Positions 27,358 to 37,233 of a stretch of DNA of 64,000 nt are shown here, piece after piece. Position 1 is the first letter of the stretch, and the number at the start of each line of letters is the position of its first letter. The translations under genes were made by a program, and so were the position numbers. The stretch spans positions 32,001-96,000 of IMG/VR virus record IMGVR_UViG_3300033070_001371; one strand, written 5' to 3'. Source of the DNA: a virus (Duplodnaviria; Caudoviricetes). Below the pieces are notes generated by a model, which did no database searches, was not told the DNA's origin, and saw only the letters and a list, made by a program, of their open reading frames with translations.

Positions 27358-29157
27358 ATGCCCACGACGGTCGGCCAGTTCCTGATCAATGACGTGATGC
27401 CCGAGGGTTACAAGATCTCGGGTCCGCTCACGAACAAGGCGCTACACGACCACGTCGTCGGTCTCGCCAAAGCGGACCCTCAGAAATACGTCTCGACGGT
27501 GCTCGCGCTCAAGCGGCGCGGCGACGAAATCGCGACGCTCGAAGGCATCTCGGTCGGGCTCGATGACATTGAGCCCGACTACGAGGCGCGCGACGCGATC
27601 GTGCGCCCGGCGCTCGCGAAGCTCGACAAGCTCAAGGACCCGGGAGCCCGCGAGCGCGTGATCGTCGAGACGCAGGCGCAACTGCTCGCGCACACCAAGC
27701 AGCACCCTGGTTCGATGACCCACATGGCGCTCTCAGGAGCGCGCGGCAATCCGGCGCAGCTCATGAAGATCGTCGCCACGCCGCTCGCGACAGTGAATCC
27801 AAAGCACGGCGTGGTTCATCAGCTGATCGACCGCTCGTACTCCGAAGGCCTGACTCCAGCCCAGTACTGGTTGACAGGACCAGAGATCCGCGAGAACGAG
27901 GTCAAAGCGCGCATCTCCGTCTCGGAGCCGGGAGAGATGGCCAAGGTTCTCGTCGCCAACATGATCTCTAAGGTCGTCACGACGACCGACTGCGGGACCA
28001 TGAACGGCGTAAAGATGTCGATCGACGACGGACACGTGCTCGATCGCTTCACGCAGGCTGACCACGGCTTGCCGCGAAACACCCTCGTCACGCCGCAGCT
28101 CGTCCAGCAACTCAAAGCGCGCCACGTGGACCGTGTACTTGTGCGCTCGCCGATGACATGCGTCGCGCAACACGGGGTCTGTCAGATGTGCCAGGGTCAC
28201 AACGAGAAGGGACAACCGCACCCGATCGGCATGACTGTAGGCGTGCGTGCCGCGCAAGCGATGGCTGAACCGTTGACGCAGATGGCGCTTTCGTCGCGCC
28301 ACGGCACGCTCACGGTGAAGGCCACGGACAAAGCGCCGACCGGCTTGAAGGGTGTGCGCCAGCTGTTGGAAGTTCCTGCCGCTTTCCGCCACGAAGCGGT
28401 GCTGGCGCCAGAGCACGGCACCGTGACGAAAGTCGAGAAGGCGCCGCAAGGTGGCCACTATATCTACCTCGGCGCCAAGAAGGTCTACGCCGGGCCTGAC
28501 CTGACGCTGCGCGCGAAGGCGGGAGACGTGGTCGAGCGCGGCGATGCGCTGACCGACGGCGTGCCTCACCCTGCGAAGGTCGTCGGCTACAAAGGACTTG
28601 GTGCCGGTCGTGCGTACTTCGTAGACGCACTGCACAACTTATACAAGAATGAAGGGATCAACCTTGATCGCCGCCACTTGGAACTTCTCGCCAAGAGTGA
28701 GATCAATCACGTACGGCTACTCGACGCTGATCCCGACCACCCAGAGCTGCTCAAGGGCGACATCGTCAACTACAACGCCTTCCGCGAGGCGTACCAGAAG
28801 GGCTCCGCTCGCGTGCAGGTAGATGACGCTGTAGGGAAGCGGCTGGGGCAAGAGGTGTTGCATCACACTGTCGGTACACCCGTGACGCCTGCGCTCGCCC
28901 GCGATCTCAAAGCGCACGGGGTTGCTGAGGTCTATGTCAACCGGTCTATGCCTCCGGTGGAATTCGTCATGAAGCCGTTCACAATGAATCCTCTGCTGGA
29001 GAAGGACTGGATGGCCCGCCTCGCGCACCGCTATCTCAAGAGCACGATTCAGGAGGCGGCACACTTCGGCGAGACCGCCGACATCCACGGAACCCACCCC
29101 GTACCGGCGTATGCTTTCGGCGCGGAACTTCACCATGGAGCCGGCGGTGCATTCTGA
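27358..29157 (+). CDS. Phage RNA polymerase beta' C-terminal half
   Basis: SGARGN, SYSEGL, DCGT, RSPMTC..VCQMC zinc site, trigger loop VGVRAAQAMAEPLTQMAL, GLKGVRQLLE, RHLELL. Confidence 0.93.
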   Translation: MPTTVGQFLINDVMPEGYKISGPLTNKALHDHVVGLAKADPQKYVSTVLALKRRGDEIATLEGISVGLDDIEPDYEARDAIVRPALAKLDKLKDPGARERVIVETQAQLLAHTKQHPGSMTHMALSGARGNPAQLMKIVATPLATVNPKHGVVHQLIDRSYSEGLTPAQYWLTGPEIRENEVKARISVSEPGEMAKVLVANMISKVVTTTDCGTMNGVKMSIDDGHVLDRFTQADHGLPRNTLVTPQLVQQLKARHVDRVLVRSPMTCVAQHGVCQMCQGHNEKGQPHPIGMTVGVRAAQAMAEPLTQMALSSRHGTLTVKATDKAPTGLKGVRQLLEVPAAFRHEAVLAPEHGTVTKVEKAPQGGHYIYLGAKKVYAGPDLTLRAKAGDVVERGDALTDGVPHPAKVVGYKGLGAGRAYFVDALHNLYKNEGINLDRRHLELLAKSEINHVRLLDADPDHPELLKGDIVNYNAFREAYQKGSARVQVDDAVGKRLGQEVLHHTVGTPVTPALARDLKAHGVAEVYVNRSMPPVEFVMKPFTMNPLLEKDWMARLAHRYLKSTIQEAAHFGETADIHGTHPVPAYAFGAELHHGAGGAF

Positions 29158-29779
29158 CTTCGCGGATCGACTGAACGCCGTAAAGACAGCGGCCCGGGCG
29201 CGCGTGCTCGGACGGTACGGGCTTAAGGACCTGTTCCGCGAGCACACCATCGCCCCGGCTGCGCCCGGTGTCACCAACAAGGCCAAAGCATTCGGCAAAC
29301 ACGTCGCAGAATTCGGACGCGAGGCTGTCTTCGGTAGTCCGATCACCGTCGCAAAGCAGCTCGCTGACCGCTACAAGCAAACCGGTAGCGTCGCCCGAGC
29401 GATGGGCGGCCACGCCAAAGACTTCTACCTCTCACCCGGATCGCCGACATGGCTGAAGGCCCTATCCCTCGGTATGCCCGCGATGGAGCTCGGTAACATC
29501 GCGCTGCGCGGCGACCCAGAGACTCGCAAGGGCGACATCGCACACGCGATCTCGGGCATGGCGGCTGCGCCGTTCACGGCGCGACTCGGCCTGCTCGGCA
29601 TCCCAGTCCAGGGCGCGGTACAGGGTGCCGCGCGCTACTTGGGGTCGAAGTTCGACCCGAAGCCTGCCCCAACACCCACGCCCGAAAATATCGAGCTGGA
29701 CGTACCGAAACACCTGATGCGCGCGTGGAAGAGCAACTCTCCGCTCGCGCTGAGCGACGACAACCCCGCTGCGACCTAG
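29147..29779 (+). CDS. Putative head-internal protein
   Basis: GTG start after GGAG; VKTAARARVLGRYGL motif; hydrophobic segments. Confidence 0.6.
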   Translation: MHSDFADRLNAVKTAARARVLGRYGLKDLFREHTIAPAAPGVTNKAKAFGKHVAEFGREAVFGSPITVAKQLADRYKQTGSVARAMGGHAKDFYLSPGSPTWLKALSLGMPAMELGNIALRGDPETRKGDIAHAISGMAAAPFTARLGLLGIPVQGAVQGAARYLGSKFDPKPAPTPTPENIELDVPKHLMRAWKSNSPLALSDDNPAAT

Positions 29780-29810
29780 ACTACGCACTGGAGCCAAGGA
29801 GCACCCCCCA

Positions 29811-31418
29811 ATGACGACGACTCTGTTCACCCGCACGCTTCTCAAGGGCATGGCCGACGGCATGTCCGACGCCGGGCGCATGGCGCCCTTCGCGAACGAC
29901 GACCTCGCCATCGGGGTCTTCGACAAGATCGCGACCGACCTCGGTCTGCCGCAGGTCCTCGAAGAGCCGCTGCCGAACGACACCTACGTGAAGATGGGCC
30001 AGTGGCTCATCGACGCTTCGGAGACGGCCGTGGCGAGCGGTCACGCTCCCTCGGCGTCGCTCCAGGCGATGGCGAAGCAGGCGTCGCACATGCCGCTGGA
30101 AGAGCGCGCGATGAAGATCGCCGCGTTCATGATGCACAAGACGGCGGAAGAGGCGTCGCTGAACGGCACCGGGTCGAACACCCCGGAGAGCGCGACGCAG
30201 ACCAGCGCGGTCGCCGCGCTCGACCAGAAGAACCGGTCGTCCCTCCAGTACCTCGTCGGCATGGGCAAGACCGACATGCCCGAGGGTGGCGTGCTCGGCA
30301 AGCAGATGCCGCACCCGATGGCGCCCCAGGGTCCGGCGATCAACAACAGCCTCACCCACCTCGACAAGCAGGCCAGCGAGAAGATCGCGCGCGCCGCGAC
30401 GTTCGTGCAGGGCCTCGCCAAGCGCGGCGCGGCGGTGACGCCGAAGACCGTGCTCGCGTCAGCAGCCCTCGCCGAGGGTGGAGCGGCGGGTCTCGAAGTG
30501 ATGGCGCACATCGTGTCGACCGTGAAGACCGCCGAGGAACTCGACGGCATGCTCGACCACGTGATGGGCGCGCAGCAGGCGCACGGCGCCGAACCCGATC
30601 CGGCGCTCGTCGCCGCGATCGAACAGGTGCTGATGGAGCATGGCCTGCTCGGCGACGACGACGGCGACGAAGGTGCGCCGCCGAACGGCGACGACCAGGA
30701 GCCGCCCAACGCGGGCGAAGGCGACGGAGATCCCAAGGTCGCGGCCATGAAGGACGTGATGAAGGGACTCAAGAGCAAGGCGCGCGGCGCGGGCAAGTCC
30801 GTGAGCGGCGCTGCGGCGAAGGCCAAGGGCGCGGTGGGCGCGGCAGCCTCGAAGGCGAAGGAGAAGGCGAGCGACGTCGGAGCCTCGATCGCGGACGCAG
30901 CCAAGAAGCACGGACCGGGGGCCGCCGTGGGCGCGGCTGTAGGCGCGGCCGGCGGCACGGCGGCGATGCACGCCGCCAAGAAGGACAAGGGCGAAGACAA
31001 GGAAGCCGCACTGCTCGCCGTGCTGAAGGCGGCAGCAGACGGCTCGCTCAACGAAGTCGGCGAGAACACCCCGGAGAGCGCGGCGAAGGACAACGCCAAC
31101 GCCAAGCTCGACGAGGAGAACCGCGCGAAGAACGAGTACCTCAAGGGCAACGGCAAGACCGACATGCCGAACGTCGGACACGTCGGCGCCTCCATGGATG
31201 CGCCGAAGGGCCCGGAGAAGGTCAACCCCGACACGACGCCTGCACGCGAGACCAAGAGTGCGAGCTTCGACGAAGCGGTGAAGGCAGCGGCGGCTCAGTG
31301 GGGCGGCAAGCTCCCTGCGACGATGGGTCAGAACGAGAAGCGCGCCCACGTGATCGCGCTCGCCGGCATGCCGGAAGAGCTGCGCGAGGGCTACGTCGAC
31401 CAGTTGCGACGGAGCTGA
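29811..31418 (+). CDS. Putative head-internal/scaffold-like protein with a duplicated module
   Basis: AAGGAG RBS; many K-x-A sites; two copies of SLN..G.NTPESA..LD..NR..YL.G.GKTDMP. Confidence 0.75.
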   Translation: MTTTLFTRTLLKGMADGMSDAGRMAPFANDDLAIGVFDKIATDLGLPQVLEEPLPNDTYVKMGQWLIDASETAVASGHAPSASLQAMAKQASHMPLEERAMKIAAFMMHKTAEEASLNGTGSNTPESATQTSAVAALDQKNRSSLQYLVGMGKTDMPEGGVLGKQMPHPMAPQGPAINNSLTHLDKQASEKIARAATFVQGLAKRGAAVTPKTVLASAALAEGGAAGLEVMAHIVSTVKTAEELDGMLDHVMGAQQAHGAEPDPALVAAIEQVLMEHGLLGDDDGDEGAPPNGDDQEPPNAGEGDGDPKVAAMKDVMKGLKSKARGAGKSVSGAAAKAKGAVGAAASKAKEKASDVGASIADAAKKHGPGAAVGAAVGAAGGTAAMHAAKKDKGEDKEAALLAVLKAAADGSLNEVGENTPESAAKDNANAKLDEENRAKNEYLKGNGKTDMPNVGHVGASMDAPKGPEKVNPDTTPARETKSASFDEAVKAAAAQWGGKLPATMGQNEKRAHVIALAGMPEELREGYVDQLRRS

Positions 31419-31511
31419 TCGCCTCCGACTTGATAGTCTTGCGCTAGGTCAGAACGCCTGCTGCCGTATACTTCGGTAGCAGGCGTTCGCCTTTTGAGGA
31501 GACCCACCCCG

Positions 31512-34106
31512 ATGACCATGAACGGCTTCCCCCTCTCGCAGTCGCCCCGCACGCAGGGCTTCGCGCAGCCCACGAGCCCCGACGACGAGGAGGAGCTCTT
31601 CTCCAAGGGCTTCTCGGACCTCGCGTACCGAGCGTTCCAGAAGACACACCCCGAGCTCTACGGTGACCTCGTCTCGTTCCGTGTGTTGGCAACCGACGCG
31701 CCGAACGGCGAAGGCGTCGGCGCGTTCATTCTCAAGCGTGGTCCCGAAGTGTTGTTCGTCCCGTCGGTGATTGCGGATAACGCCGTAAAGCCGCTCGACA
31801 TGATGTACGTCCGGTCCAAGGACCGCTTCTATCCGCTGACGTCCGAGTGGATCGAGAAGGCCACCTCGGGCGGCGTGAGTTCGCTCGGACAGGGCATCGA
31901 GCCTCCGAAGGACCTCAACACCGACGTGGACATCCGCAACGTCGTGGTGCCGCCGACGACGGGCCGCTACAGCTACGCCGACGAGTTCGATCCTGCGTCA
32001 GTGCGCGACGACGAACTGCTCGACGTGTTTCGCGCGGCGTACGCCAACGAGAAGCGCGCAGCGAACGACGCCCCGCTCGTCTTCCCCGAGCTCGTGAGCC
32101 GCATGCCGGACACGATCAAGACGGCGTTCGCAAAGTGGCTCAGCAAGCGACCGCAATACTTCCGCAAGATGGCTGAGGTCTACGGTGCGCGCGTACTGCG
32201 AGACGCCTTCGCAGTGCACGAAGCCCCTGCCAAGACGGCCGCCGGGTTGCACGACGAGGTCCCGCTCAAGCACGACGTCTACCTCGCTGTCGCGGGTATG
32301 CCGCTTCAGGAAGTTCGCAAGGAGATCGCACCGGGCGACGTACCCGAGGCGTACAAGGCGCTGCGCTACCACGGCTTCTACATCAAGGATCGGCGCGGCG
32401 CCGCGCTCAACGACGTCGCCGTCGGCGACGAAGAGACGCTCGCACTGACGGCCCCGGAGCACCCGGGTGTCTACCGCGTCTACCTCGCGGACGGCACGAG
32501 CGCGAAGGCGCTGGTTGTCCCGCACCCGGTCTGCGTGGCTCCTCCGAAGACCGACCATCAGGCAATGGCCTACGGCGCCTACGACCGCAAGACGATCCGC
32601 GACGTGACGCCGCCGTACAGCAGCGGCGACAAGAAGTACCTCGTGCTCCTCGCCGACGGACGCGGTGGTTGCGTTTCGGAACTCGTCGCTGAGCCCGTCG
32701 TCGCTGACTCATTCGACGAAGTGGCGGCGATGCTCAAGTCGATGACGCGCGAAAGCCCGCAGGCCAATCAACATGGCGTGTTGATCTCGGCCGACGACCT
32801 GACGCTGCGCGCGACGGAGCCCTTCTTCGCCGACCAGCCCACCTCGCGAGGCGACATGGTGTCGTTCGGCGCCGGGTACAACATGACCGCCGTGATCTCG
32901 AAAAAGATGCGCGGCTCGAAGGTCGTGGCGCCGCCCGCGCAGAACGTCATGGTCTTCCCGAACAGCTACCGCTGGTTCCCGATCAAAGAAGACATCTCTG
33001 AGCGTGATCTGCTCACGCGTCCCCAGCTGATCGGGCGCGCGATCGAGGCGAAGATCGAGAAGACTGGCGCTGCGCGCATCAAGGTCGCCCGTGACCACGA
33101 TGGGTTCCGTGTAGGCGAAGATCGCGCGAAACTCTCGCCGATCGAAGCCGTCGTGAAGGTCGCAAACCTGTACGGCGTAAGCGTCCCTGACGCCTCGCGC
33201 ATCGTCGAAGCGGTGGCGAACGGTTTGGCGATCAACGCATGGGCGACGCCCAAGACTGCCGCGCCAAAGGGCGGCGGCGACGAAGCAGCGGCCGACCCGA
33301 GCCAGGACCCGAACGCGATGACAATGGACCCCAACGCGATGGCAGCTATGCAAGCGCCGCCGCAGCCGACGGGCATTGATCTCGCGATCTCAGAGAAGTT
33401 GCAGCTGATCGACCAACAGCAGCAGAGCCTGGATCAGATGCGCCAGATGCTCACCGAGCTTCAGGGGCGTGCTCAGGGCATCGACCAAGGTGGCGGCGCA
33501 ATGGCGGCCCCGATGGGTGCCGCTGGCATGATGGCAGGTCCCGCGCAGGCCGTGATGGGACAGCCTGCGATGGCACCGGTGCCCGGGATGTCGCCGCAGC
33601 AAGCGCCTCCGCAGGGCCCGCCGCAGGGCGCGCCCATGGAGGGCGGCGCTCCGATGCCCGGAGGCGATCCCAACGCGATGGCGATGCAGGGCGGCGATCC
33701 CAGCATGATGCAGGGACAACCTCCTCCGCAGCCGGTCATGCCGAAGGAGCCCAACCCGGCTCTCTTCAGCGAACAGATTGCGCCTCAATTTTTGAATCAG
33801 GCGATGGAGCTCGATCAAGACGGCGTGTTCGACGCGTCGGCCGTGGCATCGCTTGCGAACGTGCGCAGCATCCGCGACCTGCTCCAGAACTACACGCCCA
33901 GCCTCGACAACGCGCTCGACCGTCTCGGGCGCACGCTCTTGCTGCTCTACGTGAAGAGCAAGCAGATCCGTGAGCGAATCGGCGAAGAGGCGTACACCTC
34001 GCTGGAACAGGTCGTGCGTGACGTGTTCCGAATGCTGGGCGACGCGGTGCTGTCGCTGGAGCAGTACGGCGATCAACTGTTGCCCAGCGGTGCGCGCTCG
34101 GCATAA
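31512..34106 (+). CDS. Large putative head-internal protein
   Basis: GAGGAG RBS; K-x-A sites; Met/Gln/Pro-rich linker. Confidence 0.75.
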   Translation: MTMNGFPLSQSPRTQGFAQPTSPDDEEELFSKGFSDLAYRAFQKTHPELYGDLVSFRVLATDAPNGEGVGAFILKRGPEVLFVPSVIADNAVKPLDMMYVRSKDRFYPLTSEWIEKATSGGVSSLGQGIEPPKDLNTDVDIRNVVVPPTTGRYSYADEFDPASVRDDELLDVFRAAYANEKRAANDAPLVFPELVSRMPDTIKTAFAKWLSKRPQYFRKMAEVYGARVLRDAFAVHEAPAKTAAGLHDEVPLKHDVYLAVAGMPLQEVRKEIAPGDVPEAYKALRYHGFYIKDRRGAALNDVAVGDEETLALTAPEHPGVYRVYLADGTSAKALVVPHPVCVAPPKTDHQAMAYGAYDRKTIRDVTPPYSSGDKKYLVLLADGRGGCVSELVAEPVVADSFDEVAAMLKSMTRESPQANQHGVLISADDLTLRATEPFFADQPTSRGDMVSFGAGYNMTAVISKKMRGSKVVAPPAQNVMVFPNSYRWFPIKEDISERDLLTRPQLIGRAIEAKIEKTGAARIKVARDHDGFRVGEDRAKLSPIEAVVKVANLYGVSVPDASRIVEAVANGLAINAWATPKTAAPKGGGDEAAADPSQDPNAMTMDPNAMAAMQAPPQPTGIDLAISEKLQLIDQQQQSLDQMRQMLTELQGRAQGIDQGGGAMAAPMGAAGMMAGPAQAVMGQPAMAPVPGMSPQQAPPQGPPQGAPMEGGAPMPGGDPNAMAMQGGDPSMMQGQPPPQPVMPKEPNPALFSEQIAPQFLNQAMELDQDGVFDASAVASLANVRSIRDLLQNYTPSLDNALDRLGRTLLLLYVKSKQIRERIGEEAYTSLEQVVRDVFRMLGDAVLSLEQYGDQLLPSGARSA

Positions 34107-34115
34107 TCACTCATC

Positions 34116-34820
34116 ATGCGGCCTGCTATCGCGCCATGGCACAAGTACGAGGAGATCGCGGCGCTCGCGGAGAAGACGGGCGTGGAACCGCCATCGGACG
34201 CGCTCGACCTCGCGCTGTTTCGGCTGCTGCGCGGACAAGCCGAAGACGTCGTCGTGACAACGGCGTACGAGATCTTTCGGTCTTCGTACCGCCACGTCAT
34301 GGATGCGCTGTGCTTGTGTGTCGCAAAGGACACCGAAGTCGAAGCAGCGTTGGAGTTGAAAGCGGGTGTTTACGCCGTTTACCGTACGCTCTTCTTCGAT
34401 CGCACGGTGTTCGCCAGCGTGTTCGCGATGCGGCAATACGTCCAGCAGTTGCGACTGACCAAAGAAGAGCGAGAGATCTACGAGCTGGCATTGGTGGAAG
34501 GCGCGCCACGCCTGCTCGATCGCTATCGCCTCACGCCCCGCACGTCGCCGGACCCGCAGGAAGTGCTAGAGGACATGATGGGCGAAGCTCACAGCCGCGC
34601 GTTCGAGCATCGCGGCAAGCCCATCACCAGCAAGGTCGCGCAAGAATCCTTCAAGTGGGGACGCGCCGCCGCCGCAACAGCCGCCGCGATCAAGACATCG
34701 TCGTCGGCCAACCGCATCTCTGACGCACTCGCGTCGCTGGAATTCGCGCTAACAAGCAAGAACTCAACGAAGACCCCCGAGGAGCTCGGCGTGGAACGTG
34801 ACGAGATCATCAAGGGTTGA
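34116..34820 (+). CDS. Hypothetical protein
   Basis: 234-aa ORF in the late operon. Confidence 0.7.
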   Translation: MRPAIAPWHKYEEIAALAEKTGVEPPSDALDLALFRLLRGQAEDVVVTTAYEIFRSSYRHVMDALCLCVAKDTEVEAALELKAGVYAVYRTLFFDRTVFASVFAMRQYVQQLRLTKEEREIYELALVEGAPRLLDRYRLTPRTSPDPQEVLEDMMGEAHSRAFEHRGKPITSKVAQESFKWGRAAAATAAAIKTSSSANRISDALASLEFALTSKNSTKTPEELGVERDEIIKG

Positions 34821-34848
34821 AAAGGCCCCTTACCTTTGAGGCACGCCG

Positions 34849-35700
34849 ATGGCTACATGGGATAACGCTGACTTCGACCGCGAGGCGACTGCTATCGCGC
34901 GCGCTTACTGGGCCGGCCGCGAGCAGAACGGCGCCGCGCTCAGCGAGCTCGCGACGAAGACCGCGCGCGACAACGGCCTCAACCCCGAACAGATCCGGCG
35001 CCTGTGCCGTAACGCCAACACCAAGGCGTTCGAGCAGAAGCACGCTGCCCTGAAGGGAGAGCCCGACCGTACGCCCAACTTCGAGCTTGCCGACCCTGAG
35101 TCAGTGATCGCCAGCCTCCACCAATCGGTGGCGTTGGCGCACACGAAACAAGCATCGGCCGAGTATCCTGATCTGCGGGACGAGTTCGCGCCTGCACTCG
35201 ACCCGTCACTCTTCGCGCAGGAGAAGATCGCAGCGCTCACGCACGAGATCGACGGGTTCCTGGGACCGCGACGCTCCCCGCTGATTGAACTGCGCCGTGC
35301 GGAGAAGCTGGCGAGCGAGCTGGCAATCGAGCGCCACGCCCTCAACTTTGCGTGGGACGACGCGCTCAGCGTCATCGCGGCGCAGGCAAAGTTTCAAGGC
35401 TGGCGCCACGACGACTTCGAGAAGAACGCCGTCGCGCTTTTCGGCGCCGACGTGCTCCCAGAGCTAAACGCCGTGCGCCACCGCTGCCGCCTCGGCGCAC
35501 TCGGCGACGGCGCCGCCGAGGATGAAGTTGCGGCGAAACTCGCCGCGTTGCAAGACACGTGGGTTGGAGTGCCTGACGCGCTGACGGCGAAACTGAAGGA
35601 AGCCATGGACGTGCGCGCCAAGTTCGCGTCGCTCGTCGCGCGCCAAGAGGAGGTCGCGACCACGATTGCGAACCTCAAGAAGGTCGTGCGCCATGGATGA
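34849..35700 (+). CDS. Putative head-internal protein
   Basis: GLNPEQIRRLCRNAN; six K-x-A sites. Confidence 0.72.
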   Translation: MATWDNADFDREATAIARAYWAGREQNGAALSELATKTARDNGLNPEQIRRLCRNANTKAFEQKHAALKGEPDRTPNFELADPESVIASLHQSVALAHTKQASAEYPDLRDEFAPALDPSLFAQEKIAALTHEIDGFLGPRRSPLIELRRAEKLASELAIERHALNFAWDDALSVIAAQAKFQGWRHDDFEKNAVALFGADVLPELNAVRHRCRLGALGDGAAEDEVAAKLAALQDTWVGVPDALTAKLKEAMDVRAKFASLVARQEEVATTIANLKKVVRHG

Positions 35701-37006
35701 TGCCGTCGCGAAGGAAGTTCTCGCGCACATCGACGTCGCGCTAGAGAAGAACGCCAACATCTTTCACCAACTCGGCGCCGGCCTGCGCGGCCTCCGCACT
35801 GGCGCGTCCCAGGTTGCGCACAACCAGAAGTCGCGCGCGGCGCTCCAAGGCGCGGTCAACACGCTCCATGCGCACGGCTCGTTGCCGATGAACGTCACGC
35901 ACGGTGTCGTTCAGCCGTTGCCGATGGGTGTCGGCGTTGGCGACAAAGCTCCCGGAGTATTCGCGCGCGCAGGCGAGAAGCTGCGCGGCGCGCTGGCGGG
36001 TGCGAAACAAGAGTTCGGAGCTACGCGCGCCGCTGACAAAGCTGTCGAACGTTTCCGACAGGTGCAGCAGGGTGAGTCCGAGCTGCGCAACGCTGCGCAG
36101 GTCGCGCAGCAGCACGGCCTGCACGCTGATCCACTCAAAGGCCACCTCGACTACTCGAAGATGTCGCCTGAGCAGTACCTCCAGATGCACGGCCACGCGG
36201 TGCCCGCGCACCACCAGACGCCGCGCCCTGCGCCCGCCACCCCAGCCGCCACCCCTGCGGCAGCTGCACCTCCTCCGCAGGTACCAGCCCCACAAACAGC
36301 CGGGCCCCAGGCGCCGGGAAGCAGCGCGATCCCTGGGTCCAGCGGCGCGCCGTCCGGCGTTCCGTACGGCGTAAACCCTCCTGCACAAGAGAGCTGGGTG
36401 TCACGCAATGCGGCGCCGCTCGCGCTCGCGGCTGGCAGCGCGGCGCTCGGTACGTCTATGCTCCGAGGAGGACCGGCTGCGGCCGAGCAGGACGCCCGGA
36501 TGCGTGACTACATGAGAAACGCACAGCAGAACATGACGACGCCAATGCCGTCGATGGCTGTCTACGCCAGCTACGACCAGTTCGCCGAAGAAAAGCGCGC
36601 AGCGTATGCGCCGGTCTACCCGACGATGCAAGGCGCGATGGCGAACTCCTTGGCCAACCAGCTGGCCACGAAGTTCGTCGGCGAACCGATCGACGCCGTG
36701 CAGAAGGTGCTGAAGAAGAAGCTCTACGACGAGCCGAAGCACCGCGAGGCGTTCCAACAGGCGCTGGAGGGCGACGAGATGCTCCAGGCTGAGCATCGCG
36801 ACAATCCACAAGGTCTCGCTGACACGTTCCACACGCTGAAGACCTTCGCGCCTTCGATCGCCAAGAACCCGCTCGCGACGCGTACGTTCTTGCGGCAGGC
36901 CACGATGTCCAAGATGCACGGCACCGGACCGGACTTCGCGACGATCCGACTCATGACCGAAACCGAGAAGTTCATTCAGAACGCGAAGGGACGCGGCACG
37001 CCATGA
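35693..37006 (+). CDS. Putative head-internal protein
   Basis: EKNA and EKRA sites, Pro linker, hydrophobic segment, C-terminal TLKTFAPSIAKNP. Confidence 0.7.
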   Translation: MDDAVAKEVLAHIDVALEKNANIFHQLGAGLRGLRTGASQVAHNQKSRAALQGAVNTLHAHGSLPMNVTHGVVQPLPMGVGVGDKAPGVFARAGEKLRGALAGAKQEFGATRAADKAVERFRQVQQGESELRNAAQVAQQHGLHADPLKGHLDYSKMSPEQYLQMHGHAVPAHHQTPRPAPATPAATPAAAAPPPQVPAPQTAGPQAPGSSAIPGSSGAPSGVPYGVNPPAQESWVSRNAAPLALAAGSAALGTSMLRGGPAAAEQDARMRDYMRNAQQNMTTPMPSMAVYASYDQFAEEKRAAYAPVYPTMQGAMANSLANQLATKFVGEPIDAVQKVLKKKLYDEPKHREAFQQALEGDEMLQAEHRDNPQGLADTFHTLKTFAPSIAKNPLATRTFLRQATMSKMHGTGPDFATIRLMTETEKFIQNAKGRGTP

Positions 37007-37233
37007 ACATCAACACGCTCGTCTCACCGCGCCTGCGCGCGGCGCTGCGCACTCACGGGTGGTCGAAGCTCGCGTTCGAGGTCGTCCACCTTCAGGGAGG
37101 CTACCCGCCGTCCGCGCCGACGCTGCCGGAGGTCGTCAAGGCCCTGTCCGTGAAGATCGCGGTCGACCATGTCAATCAAGGCATCGTCCGCGACGGCATC
37201 GCGGCGTACAAGGAGCTGCACGGTGAACGCTAA
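37003..37233 (+). CDS. Small putative virion protein
   Basis: ATGA-coupled; SKLA and VKIA sites. Confidence 0.6.
   Translation: MNINTLVSPRLRAALRTHGWSKLAFEVVHLQGGYPPSAPTLPEVVKALSVKIAVDHVNQGIVRDGIAAYKELHGER

Noticed and set aside
21597-29157. Cellular rpoB/rpoC locus, i.e. a host chromosome
   Set aside because: Subunits are shortened, fused and split differently from cellular ones, and are flanked by portal, capsid and tail genes rather than ribosomal protein genes.
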